Translations under genes and position numbers: made by a program
Assembly: GCA_035084275.1 (NCBI GenBank)
Contig: CM068762.1
Coordinates: forward strand, 8,370,001 to 8,434,000
Reading direction: 5' to 3'
DNA from: Hydrolagus colliei
Taxonomy: Eukaryota
DNA: 64,000 nucleotides
The notes under the pieces: generated by a model
The model's database searches: none
What the model was told of the DNA's origin: nothing
What the model saw: only the letters and a program-made list of their open reading frames with translations
Shown: positions 1 to 11,100 of the stretch, piece by piece
Numbering within the stretch: position 1 is the stretch's first letter
Layout: each line of letters begins with the position of its first letter

Positions 1-564
1 CAATTGACTTTACAGTGCTTTGAGACGTCTGCCATAAAAAAAGTGCCATATTAAATTCAAGGATTATTATTATTATTTTTAACTCTTTGATGAACCTGGT
101 TTGTTAGCATTTGGAGTTTGTATTTGCTCAGTGACTTAGGAAGGTGAACCTCGAATCTTTGAAATGAGACCAAAAAAAAAGTAAATATATCTGGGATGTA
201 TTACAGTTCCATTGTTCTATTACTGCATTGAAAATCAAACTTGGTTCTGCATTACCTGATACTAATTTCCCCAGATTTTCCTGCCGATGGTTTATTTCAA
301 CCGGTTTCTTTGCCTTGCCAATGGCTAGCAAACTGAGCACTAGTTTCATGGATTATTCTCTCAAAAGCAATCCTGCGTAGAATATGTTAGAGCCTCCAGC
401 ATGTACAACACAAAGGCAGGATTAAACGGGATGAATACAATTAGATAATAGTTTATAGTGCAGTGTGTTGGTTTATACCAACCTTGACAACGGGTTTTGT
501 ACATTTGCACTCTGTGATATTGAAATACTGCAATTGTTATTGTTGTAAAGCTAGTTAATAAGAA

Positions 565-672
565 GAATAATACTTGCATTTGATATAGCGCCTTATCACG
601 TTGTTGAGACATCTCAAAGCGCAACACAGGATATATTGTGAGATGGATTGACTGTATTTTGTGGGCTAAAAC
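565..672 (-). mobile_element. SINE 3' fragment (short DeuSINE-type family)
   Basis: Reverse complement of the family tail (aataatacttgcatttgatatagcgcc...). Confidence 0.8.
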
Positions 673-842
673 ATGAAAAATGGCTCTGTTATTATAAATG
701 TAGCTTAATCTAAATTAATACCAAAATTACAAACTTAGATATTTTATCTGCCATTGTTGAATCTATTAACCCCATTAAATCACTAATTATTTCCCAAATT
801 CTTCTGATGTGAAGCACACCATACTAACGCAATATAAATTGT

Positions 843-1187
843 GGAGCTCCTGTGGCTCAGTGGTTATGACACTTGCAAGCTGGGGAGACCTGTGTTCGAA
901 TCCAGGCAGGTCAGGGCGAAACCTTGGGCAAGTTTCCTTACTCCACACGCCTAATAATAATCCCTCAAAAAAAACCACAATAATAAAATTGGTCATTTCA
1001 ATCCACGACTGTGTGTGGGACACTGCTGTGCGCAATTGGCTGCCGCGATTCGCCCACAAATATACACAGTATATTCACTTTACAGTATATTCACTTTACA
1101 GTATATTCTGTGAAGCGCTTTGGGACGTCGATAAGATGTGAAAAGCGCTATATCAAATGCAAGGATTATTATTATTATTATTATTAT
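843..1187 (+). mobile_element. Full-length tRNA-derived SINE (short DeuSINE-type family, TTA tail)
   Basis: A box TGGCTCAGTGG, B box GTTCGAATCC, body tgtgggacactgctgtgcgcaattggctgcc, L2-like 3' stem-loop, (TTA)n tail. Confidence 0.9.
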
Positions 1188-1537
1188 GCAAGTACCATTA
1201 TTAATAATAAAATGAGGAAGAGGGTTATTGTGTACATTTGCGAGTGGTCCCAACTACTTAACAGTGACTTGACAAGTTATATCCTCCAGTCGGCATGGAG
1301 AATTAAATGGTCTTTTGCTGAGTTTCAACTTTACCAAAGTTCCTGAGACGAATAAGTCAATAATAGTAGAACAGGAAATTAGTCATGAATTTACAAGTTG
1401 CTGCAGAAAATTTCAAAGTTAAATTACATCTCTGTTTTGGTGGGTGGAGTATGTACAGAATACATGTACATGTATGTGACAGGAAAGAAACCTTCCCCTC
1501 TCCCTCTCCTTTCCAAATATTTTTTTTTGGGGGGGCA

Positions 1538-2020
1538 TCAGCTTGGCTCAGTTGGTAATACTCTTGTCTGAGCAGGCCAACGGTCTATCTCTGGACTTTC
1601 CATGTGTAGGTGGGATGCATGGAATTCTCAGTTTGGTTTGGATAGTCTTAAGCTTAGCGAGGAGTTTCCTCGTGAACCAGACACCCGGCAGGCCGATCCC
1701 GAAGAAAATCCACAACGGAACTCGCATTGTCCAGCCAGCCCTCAACAGGGGAATGTTGGATTGTTTAAGGCGCCGTTCTTCACATGAGGCATTAAAGCTG
1801 CTTGATGTTAAAGATCCCACTTTTTTGAAAAAAGAAGGGAGTTTCTCCCGATGTCCTGCCCCCAGATTTTGAAAAGATGGTCATTCACTTAATTTGGGGC
1901 TTTTCCCACAAAATATACAGACAATTCACTTTACAGTATATTCTGTGGAACACTTTGAGACGTCTCAAAGACATGATAAGGCGCTATATCAAATGCAAGG
2001 ATTATTTTTTATTATTATTA
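1538..2020 (+). mobile_element. Older long DeuSINE-like element
   Basis: tRNA-like head tcagcttggctcagttggta, Deu-domain-like atgaggcattaaa...gatgttaaagatccc, same 3' tail. Confidence 0.7.
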
Positions 2021-2120
2021 AGGCTGTTTGTAGGATATCGCTGCGTGCAAATTGTCCTGCCACGTTAGCCTACAAAATAGTCACTATATACTCTCCAGTA
2101 AATCGTGTTTTGAGGCATCC

Positions 2121-2185
2121 TGAGTGGGCAGACAAATGGCAGATTGAATTCAATAGAAAAAGTATTCGGTAGTTCATCTCAGGAA
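2121..2185 (+). mobile_element. CR1 LINE ORF2 fragment
   Basis: Encodes EWADKWQIEFN, a typical CR1 RT C-terminal motif. Confidence 0.6.
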
Positions 2186-2250
2186 ATTGAAGGATATGGG
2201 GGAAAAAGCCAGGATATGCCACTAGCGATAGTCCATCCACACTAAAGAAT

Positions 2251-2552
2251 GTTGTTAGAGCACTAGCTTTACAAGCGTGAGACCTGTGTTAAATCCATGC
2301 AGGTCAGGACAAAACCTTGGGCAAGTTTCCTTATTTCACACGCCTAATACTAATCCCTCCAAAAAAACACACCATAATAAAAGTGCTCATTTCAATCCAC
2401 GACTGTTTGTGGGACACTGCTGTGCGCAATTGGCTGCCGCGTTTCGGCCACAAATATACTGTCAATTCACTTCACAGTATATTCTGTGAAGTGCTTTGAG
2501 ACATTTGTCAGACGTGAAAAGTGCTGTATCAAACGCAAGGATTATTATTATT
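2251..2552 (+). mobile_element. Near full-length short SINE
   Basis: Matches copy at 843-1187. Confidence 0.88.
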
Positions 2553-2997
2553 GTCCTCAGAATGTGAAAGGTTGCTACATCAAATGGAGGGATAATTATT
2601 TATTTAAATAATCTGATTCGTAGCTACATGCCTTTGCTGAGTCCACCAGGCAGCAGTGTTGAACTCGGGCCAGAGGTCTGAGATAGCGCAAAGTACGAGC
2701 TCTCATTGTAGGGGTGGGGCGGAAAAAAACCCATCCAAGCTCCTTTCTATTCCAATGTAAATGTGCCAGTTGATTGAGCTGATCTGGGTGAGCAAATACT
2801 AATTTCTGTGTGTGGGGTTGCTTTTCTCTGGTCATTTGAAAGTAATTCCTCTATTGTACGGAATTCAGTTGTGCCGTTCAGGGCTGGCCCAAATTAATGG
2901 TAAGTGTATTTGGTAAATATTATAATTCTGAAGAGACCCCTATACTCTCTCACGCTATCATTTCACTGCTTCATTAGCTTTTCAGTTTGTACACTTT

Positions 2998-3265
2998 GTC
3001 AGCTTGGTTCAGCCGTTAGCATTCTCGCCAACTTGATCAGAAGCTTGTTGGTTCAAGGTCTGGGTTGGGATTTGAACTCATAGTTCACACTGATATACCA
3101 GAGTTCAGGGCTGGGGTAAGGCTGCATTGCCAAACATGCCGACCTTTGGATGAGGCATTAAACCTAGGACTGGTTGTTAAAGATCCTCTGATATATTTCA
3201 AGAGAGAAGAGACTTGTTTTTCCAGTGGGTCTGGACAACAATCCTGCAGATAAATTGATAATTTG
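2998..3265 (+). mobile_element. Older long DeuSINE-like element
   Basis: tRNA-like head and ctttggatgaggcattaaacc...gttaaagatcc Deu-like core. Confidence 0.7.
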
Positions 3266-3267
3266 CT

Positions 3268-3392
3268 TAGAAACATACAACAGGAGTAGGCCCCTCAGCC
3301 ACTCGATATTCAAAAAAAACACTATTGTAAGAAACGCAACTGGAACATAGGAACAGGAGTAGGCATTCAACCTCTCGAGCCTGTTCTGCCAT
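3268..3392 (-). mobile_element. Two tandem CR1 3'-end remnants
   Basis: aacaggagtaggc...ctcgagcctg is the reverse complement of the CR1-type tail also seen at 63900-63995. Confidence 0.65.
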
Positions 3393-3396
3393 ATTA

Positions 3397-3497
3397 GGCA
3401 TGTGGAGTAAGGAAACTTGCCCTGACCTGCCTGGATTCGAAACACAAGTCTCACTCCTGAAAGGCGAGTGCTCTAACCACTGAGCCACATGACTCCT
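3397..3497 (-). mobile_element. Short SINE 5' tRNA-like head
   Basis: Reverse-complement A/B boxes (ggattcgaa ... taaccactgagccac). Confidence 0.85.
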
Positions 3498-4474
3498 GCT
3501 ATATCAAAATGCTAGGATTATTATTATTTATTATTATTGTTAAGAACCTAAACCAGATCACCCCTCGACTTTCTCTTGGCTTCTTGGTAGCAAATAGTAC
3601 AGAACCTCGCCGTGTGTGTTTTTATGTGAGTTTCCCCACTTCATTTGGCTCGCGACAGTGACACCACTGGCAGAACCTGAAGCTAAACAATGTATGGATT
3701 GCAACGAGGTCTGGATTTGATCTTTAGCTTTATCATAAATAAGCAAACACAGAATGAAATGACATTACCAAAAAAAAGAAAGGAAACAGAAAGACTGACC
3801 CCCAAGGATAAAGCTATGAAAATATTTTTTTTATAGTCTGCTGCGTGTAATCCAAAATACATTTTGTTTAGTGTATGTATAAGGAAAAACCCAGACTACA
3901 GTGTTACGTTTAAGTCTGCCAGAACCAGAGGGCAAGACTGGAAAACAGTGAAAATTATATTCGGAGCAGACGTTAGGAAAAGCCTGATGAATATTTAGAA
4001 TAAATGATCAAGCCAGGAAATAAAGGCAAAAACTATGGGTTGTGCTAAGTACATACTAATGGCAATATTAATGTATGTATTATTTCTGTATTAGCTACTA
4101 ATGAGCCTCTAATGATTTCTGGTGATATGACCATTTAAACTTTCAGTTCAGGTATCATCAAACCACACAGTCACTGCGTGTTGCTTTGAGGTTTCCTTCC
4201 AAAATGAATGGCGCTTAATACTTACTATCAAGGGTTACCATCTAGTGTTATTCTGATCATCTGTGGTCTATGTCACTACTTTAGCCATTTAGCTTCAATG
4301 CTAGCTTTCATTTTAAAAAAACACACACTATTGGTTTGGGGGCCTTGTCTATTATTACACACTCGGTTCCCCAACAATTTAACTGGCTGATCCTTCAGAT
4401 TGTACACAGGGATTGTGCCTCCTTATGGGAACTTTCTTTGCATATTCTCTACTGTATAATGCAACAAACTTCCA

Positions 4475-4965
4475 TTGGGTGAGAGCTGACTTTCTCCAGT
4501 TGAACGCCAACAAGACCGAGGCCCTCCTGATTGACTATCATCAGCGCCTCCACACCTCAGATCACCAACCAAGGATGCATGCTTCACCTTACTGAACCAG
4601 TCCAGAACCTTGGTATCTTGTTTGACCCTCGACTGTCCTTTCTATCCCACATCTGTGCAGTGGCTTGCTCTGCCTTTCCCCAACTCTGCAACAACGCCCA
4701 GATCCTCTACTGCCTCAGCCCTCATGCCCACAAGACCCTCACCCATGCATTTATTATATCCAGCCTCGACTACTCCTACTCCCTGCTTGTTGGCCTTTCC
4801 AACTCTTCCCTCCACAAGCTGCAGATCATCCAGAAACTCTGCAGCTTGTGCACCAGTCTCTGTGACCCCTCCAGCCTCGCCCGGCTCTACTGACTCCCCA
4901 TCCCTCAGAGGAGAGAGTTCAAAATCCTTGTCCTCGCCTTCAAATGTAATTTGTTGTTGTTGTTG
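4475..4965 (+). mobile_element. Degraded L2 LINE 3' fragment
   Basis: FLQLNANKTEALLI, NLGILFDPRLSF, HAFIISSLDY L2 ORF2 motifs; (TTG)n tail. Confidence 0.85.
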
Positions 4966-5065
4966 TAGTCCTCATCCAGATAAGTAATTTTGTTGTTGTT
5001 GTTGTTAAGTGTCTGACGTTCAGTTTGCGCTACTTGACAGCATATTGTACAATCTCCTTTTTCAG

Positions 5066-5124
5066 GTTATTGGTCTCCTTGATGTCTTCACGCCTGCAAT
5101 TACACTGGCCGGATTTCGCAATTT
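5066..5124 (+). CDS. MAPK13: MAPK13 exon 3 ([20 protein letters not shown])
   Basis: ttcag| acceptor, |gtaagt donor, 59 nt, p38 [10 protein letters not shown] motif. Confidence 0.93.
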
Positions 5125-8100
5125 GTAAGTGTTCTGGGGAGCGTCTAAAGTATCGCAGTGATCACAGTCTCTTTAATTTGCCACCTGAAAGCGTACAATG
5201 AAGCCCGGTCACTGAGAGCAGTCACCGCTGCACTAAAGTTCAAATTATAGTACGTCTTCTTCTGTCAAATCGGTTTAGAAATGTTCCCAATAACCGTAAT
5301 CTTCTCTGCTTTAATCGCTGGAAGCTGTACTCACAGCCATGCGCTTTTGACAGTGATGTGAATGCGCCCGTGGTTTTGCAAAGTACAGCGCTATGTATTC
5401 TGAGGCAACATTTTATCGTGTTAGAATTCACCATCGATGTTTGCATAAACATGCTGTTTGCATAAACAATTTACAGAATGGTTGCAGCCCTGAAAAACCA
5501 GCAAAGATTCTGCAACCGAAAGGGAGGGAGGGTCAGCTAACGAACGCCTAAGATTACCATCGCAGCACCATTCCATCATTGGAAAGCAGACTAATTTTGG
5601 GACTGGGAAATTGCATTGAGACCGAGAGAGAAAGAAACAAGGTCACTGTATATTCAGGCAGTCCAGTGGGCATTGAAGTGCAGCCTCAATCAGTCAAAAC
5701 TGAGATGAGATTGCCTGCGTTGAGCACTGGGGCTGGGTTAGAAAGAATGATTTGCAGGTGGAACTTCTCCACAGGAGAAAACGATGGCGAGCGGATTTTG
5801 TTCTGTCAATGTGGGTTTCCCAGAACCTTTTAACTCACGCGATCTTGGATGTTTTCTGAGCTCCAGTATGAGGGAGGTAAAGAGTTGGGGCTGACCTCAC
5901 TCACCAACATGATAATAATACTTGCATTTGATCTGGCGCTTTTCACGTTCTTCTAGACCTCCCAAAGCGCTTCACAGTGTGAATACAGCATAAAGTGAAT
6001 CATAAAAACAGAGCAACTGTGAGCTGGGAATAGTGGAGTTAAGTTTGTATTGTTAAAAATTTGAGATAAAAAAATGCAACAAAGTCACCTGGAAATACTT
6101 TTGCTTCAGTTACCTCGTCATGCCATTTATGGATGCGGATTTGGGAAAGATTATGGGGAAGTTGACAGAAGACAGAATACAGTTCCTTGTCTACCAGATA
6201 TTAAAAGGTCTTAAGGTTAGTAACAAAAAATGGTTGATTCTTTTAGGGGTGGGGTGCGTTCTGTAAAATAAGGCAAAAGGTTTTGAAATATTCTGAGAAA
6301 CTCCAAACGATATAACAAGATCAAAAACTAAATTGTATTTGTGCCCAAATAATGTTTTGGTTTGGAAACCTTTTGAAAAAAATGATTATCATTAACTTTA
6401 GTTTTTCTTTACAAAGAAATAACGTTTTGGTCACACTCACACACAGCACCAAAACAAACAAAACTGTGTCAAAAGCGCTATCATTCTAAATCCATTTGGT
6501 TTTCCTTTCCTTTTTGCGAACTGAGGCTTGTGACATTGTGAAGCTTTGAAGCAGTGAATCCCCGACCAGCGTCTCGCTGGCAGAATTGAGGTCTGCATCA
6601 GAGGACAAATAAAGGTCGAAGCTTCCATCATCTAATGCGGTCAACAATTCTCGTTTAACGAGCGACCTTTAGCTCTCTGAATTTCCGCTTGCTGGGCATA
6701 TCATCTCTAAACGAGCATCATGAATTCCTAACCCCCACACCTCCCCTCCTTACCAACCCCCATTTTTATGTTTTAGGTTCCTTCCTCTCTCCCCTTTTCA
6801 GAGCACCCAGTGAGCACCATTTCTGTCCACAAACTACCCACGAGAAACTGCTTAGTTTGGGAAAGAGTCGTGGAGGGAATTGCAAGGCTGACAAACATCC
6901 CCATGATGCTAAGCATAGCACTTTATCATCTCGCCAGTGCCACACAAAAGCTTTTCCTGTGTTTGCTCTACGTGGCCACGACTGTAGTTTTAACGTTTTC
7001 TGCTCGCGATTAACTCTCGTTCTGGGCCATCGGATTTCCAACAAACCAGATAAATCTACTTTATGTGGTCGAGTTGCGTTAATACCTGTGGTGAACACTA
7101 TCTGTTTCTTCTGTTTCAGTATATTCATTCAGCTGGAATTATTCACAGGGTAAGTTATCGCTTTCGGATAATACGGTTTGAATGTTGGCGAAAGACAGAA
7201 AGCAGAGAGTGAAGAGCTCTGATGCGATTGTAAAACTTTTACGACCATCTTAAATAATCCTGTCCTTACTCCAGAGCAATTGTGACAATGGTAATCTTAG
7301 CCGAGCCTACAAAAGACTGTCTTTTGTAGGCAAACGCTTGTCTTTTGTCTGTGGTATTTGCGAAGCTTCAAACTATCAGCGGGTTCAGCCTCACCAGAGA
7401 CGGAAACTGAGACATATTTCAATTTGACACAATAAAAAAATTAATACTGGATTTGTAGACGCAACATGTAGCAAAACATTCCTCCATCAGTGAACACTTT
7501 CTGGTAGCACTGTGTATATAAAACAAATTGCATTCAAGGCCTGATTGAAATTGTAATAGTTTACAATCGGGTGTAGATTATTGTTGCTGAAATATTCAAA
7601 TTTTATTGGAAGATTTTCTATTTATGCAGTTAAACTTTTTCCCCCCCCACTGTTCATAGGATTTAAAACCCGGTAATCTGGCTGTAAATAAAGACTGTGA
7701 GTTGAAGGTAAAAATATTTTAAAAGACTTACTTTTTTGTCAATCGCCAACAAAGCTGCAAACTTATTTTCTTTTGAATCTCACTAGAAATTATAATTGCA
7801 TTTGACATAGTGGCTTGAAGCGCTCTGAGACGCTGTCCGGCGTGGAGGGCGCTCTATAAATCAAAGTTGTTGATGTTGTTGTCACAGTGTCGATGTCTCA
7901 AAGCGCTTGATAGCATATACTGCACTGTAAAGTGGTGTGTGATTAAAGTGGTGTGTGATTACCGGTATATATATATATGTGTGTGTATTGTATGAGATGT
8001 GACAAATTCTAGAAGATTTGACAATACAGTATAGGCTACCAATGTTGTTCCACCTGTTGACCAATGGGGGGCATGTGTATATTTGCAGGTCGTGTGCAAC

Positions 8101-11100
8101 TAATGAGTGGCATCTTTGTGCACATGTTTAGCTAACAGATTTAGTTAAAGATACTGCCAAACACAACCCGTGTCTTGTGATTAATGAAAGTGCAGCTCAC
8201 GTAAATGTACAGGCACGTCGCATCAATTGAAGCTGTCCAAAACTATTCCTTTATTACGTTTAAAAAGACGATTTTAGCCCAAATGAATCAGAATTCACCA
8301 ACGGAACAATAACAATCCTTGTCTTTGATGTAGAGCCTTATCACGTCTTCGAGACGTCTCAAAGCGCCTTCACTTCTGCAAAGTGAAGTGACTGTATATT
8401 TTGTGTGGGCGAAACGCGGCAGCCATTTGCTCACAGCTGTGTGCCACAAACAGCGCTGGATTGAGTGACCAATTTATCAGACAACAGGGCTGATTTTTAA
8501 AACGTCTTTGTCTGCTTTAGATCATCGACTTTGGTCTTGCCAGGCAGGCAGATCTGGAGATGACGGGGTATGTTGTCACGCGGTGGTATCGTGCTCCTGA
8601 AGTCATCCTGAACTGGATGAAGTACACACAGACTGGTGGGTCTCCATTAACGTTGACCTCTGAAAGTCATTTCACTTCCAGCTCCCACAGTATTCTTATC
8701 GTAATGACTTGTAAAATTGTTTTTCCTTTGGTAAATGTTTATAAAGTATTTATTGATAAGGTAATAATCCTTGCGTTTGATATACCACCTGTCCATGCCA
8801 TTGAAACATCTCAAAGCACTTCACGTGCTTTAGTATGATTTCCCCACCCCCGTTCCATCTACTGTCCCTGTCCCCATCTCCGACCCCAGCTCGGGTCTAA
8901 AACAATGACTGTCCAGCGCCTTGGGACGTCCTCTTGATGTGAAAGGTGCTATACAAGCGTCATTTTGTTGTTGTTGTTGTTGTTACTGAAAAGCTTGGTG
9001 ACTGTATGTTTTGTCGGCAAATGTGGGAGCCAATTTGCGCACAGCAATGTCCCACAAACAGCCATGAAGTTAACGACCGATTTGTTCTGGAAGATTGCAG
9101 GACAGGAGGAGAAACTCCCTTCTCTTTTCGAAAATCTTGCATGGGATCTTCCAATGTTCACCTGAACAGACAGAAGACGCAGCAAGATTCTTCCAAGTTT
9201 CTTTAAAGTCTCAGTTTCAAAGTCCTTCTGTTAGAGTGAATCCCTGACTGTGCGCTCGAAGCCCCAACGCGGGGCTCGAACCCACACAAACGTCTGACTT
9301 GGAGACGAGACAGTTGCCAACTCAGTCAAGCTGACACCATTTATTAGAATTGGGAAAAATAACTGCTTTTGGAAAGAAACCAGTTCTCTTTCATACGTCC
9401 AGTTTTGTATTGCACATAAGGCATCAAATCAAATCATTCTAAAAATGGCACTGAGTTTATGCCACACACCTGGTTTTGAGTTGCACAATCTACATTTCAT
9501 TACAGAGGTTACGATTAAAGAGGACATAACTTGGACAGGAAATTAATTCACACCATTTGCAGCATTGTCTAAGTGCAGGAGGTGCAAATTGATTTGGTCT
9601 CCATTCAAAGCACTTTTAAAGGATCGTTGTTAACGTTATTAAAGAGCACTTCTTTCTCAGTGCGGTTTTGGAATAGGAAGTAAAAATCTTCCTGTTTGAG
9701 TGAGTCTTCTCACTTTAAAATCTAAATATAATTCTGCTTTTAACTCTAAATCTAAAAGTCTGACTTATACCTTATAAATCTAAACCAGGCTACCCACTCC
9801 AGTTCCTGGGACGTCCTCCCGACGTGAAAGGCACTCTCTCAATAAATGTCATTTTGTTGAGGTTGTTGTTGTTGGAGTATTAAAGGGCAAAATGAAATAA
9901 ACTTGAACTATAAAAGTCATCCTAGAAGTGCCACGGTATCTATCAGGTTACTAAACCAAATTAGGCACCGGTTATTGCCCTTTCAGTGAAGGATCCTTCT
10001 ACTTTTTTTGTAAATTTACAGAAGTTAAATTTCTCAACTCCCACCCTCACTCTAAAATATCACTCCTCGTGGCTGTTTGTAGGATGTTGCTGTGTGCAAC
10101 TGGCTGCAGCATTTTGCCCACAAGATACAGAGTCAATCCACTTTACAGTATATCCTGTGAAGCGCTTTGAGACGTCTCGATGATGTGCTAAGGCGCTGTA
10201 TCATATGCCAGGATTATTATTATTTTAAATACATGACGGGGAAGGGAATACGTGAGTAAGGCCAGGGAGGGAGGCGGGGGTGGGGTAGGTAGAGAGGATT
10301 GGGAGGGGTGGCGATTCGTTAGTTGGATGAATAGATAGTCTGTCTCTTTCTGTCCACTTTATGTAATTGTATACTAAAATATACATTTAAGGTATCTTCT
10401 TTCACTTTGTCGTAGTGGTAATAGCAGATCCCCAATTAGGCTCTGCTTTTGAAAGTAGACACGGTTTTAATACCTACAGGATAAACTAAATAGCCTCTAG
10501 GGGCTTATTAAACTTGTCTGTTATGAATTGTAAGCCCGAACAGAGTTTTTGAACGAACACAAGGTAGATTAGCCAGTTAAAGGGGAAAGCAACCAAGTGC
10601 TAACATTTTTTTTTGTTAAATTACAATGAGTTACAAGCCCATTTTACAGTTTTATTTAGTAAACTGAGTTCATTTGATTTAAATCTAGAAAGTTGAAATA
10701 CTGTAATTCGTAATATAACGACTTCGTTCTTAGGTACTTAGGTATTAGGACAACAAGAACAACAACTTTCTTTTATATAGCGCCCACCATTCATGCGAGC
10801 CCACAGCGTTTATCTAATTTTAACAGGAAAAAGTAATTTCTGCACTTAAGCATGCCCATCCTCTCTATGAAGAAACACTCAGAAGAAATCTGTTGTACTA
10901 TTATCAGTTTGATTTGGAAAAGTGAATCAATCTGCAGAGTAATTCACTTGGAATAACATTTAATGAGCTGGAGTTTAAAAACAAACATCTGCTCCAAACT
11001 ACAGTACACAGTTTCACGTGATCTTGACTTTCCACCAAACCTACTACAGTATGTTGAATCACAGACATAATAGTGGTTTAATATTTGTGGATGATGTCAT

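Noticed and set aside
843-910. tRNA-like sequence with A and B boxes (many copies)
   Set aside because: SINE heads: they continue into SINE body and tail and lack a complete cloverleaf, so they are not tRNA genes.
787-1346. Recurrent ORFs with motifs such as [16 protein letters not shown] / [11 protein letters not shown] (also 2317, 25562, 38271, 40818, 47678, 54395)
   Set aside because: They are translations of the same non-coding SINE in various frames, not a gene family.
1-5065. MAPK13 exons 1-2
   Set aside because: No glycine-rich loop or VAIKKL-coding segment found; presumably upstream of the window.
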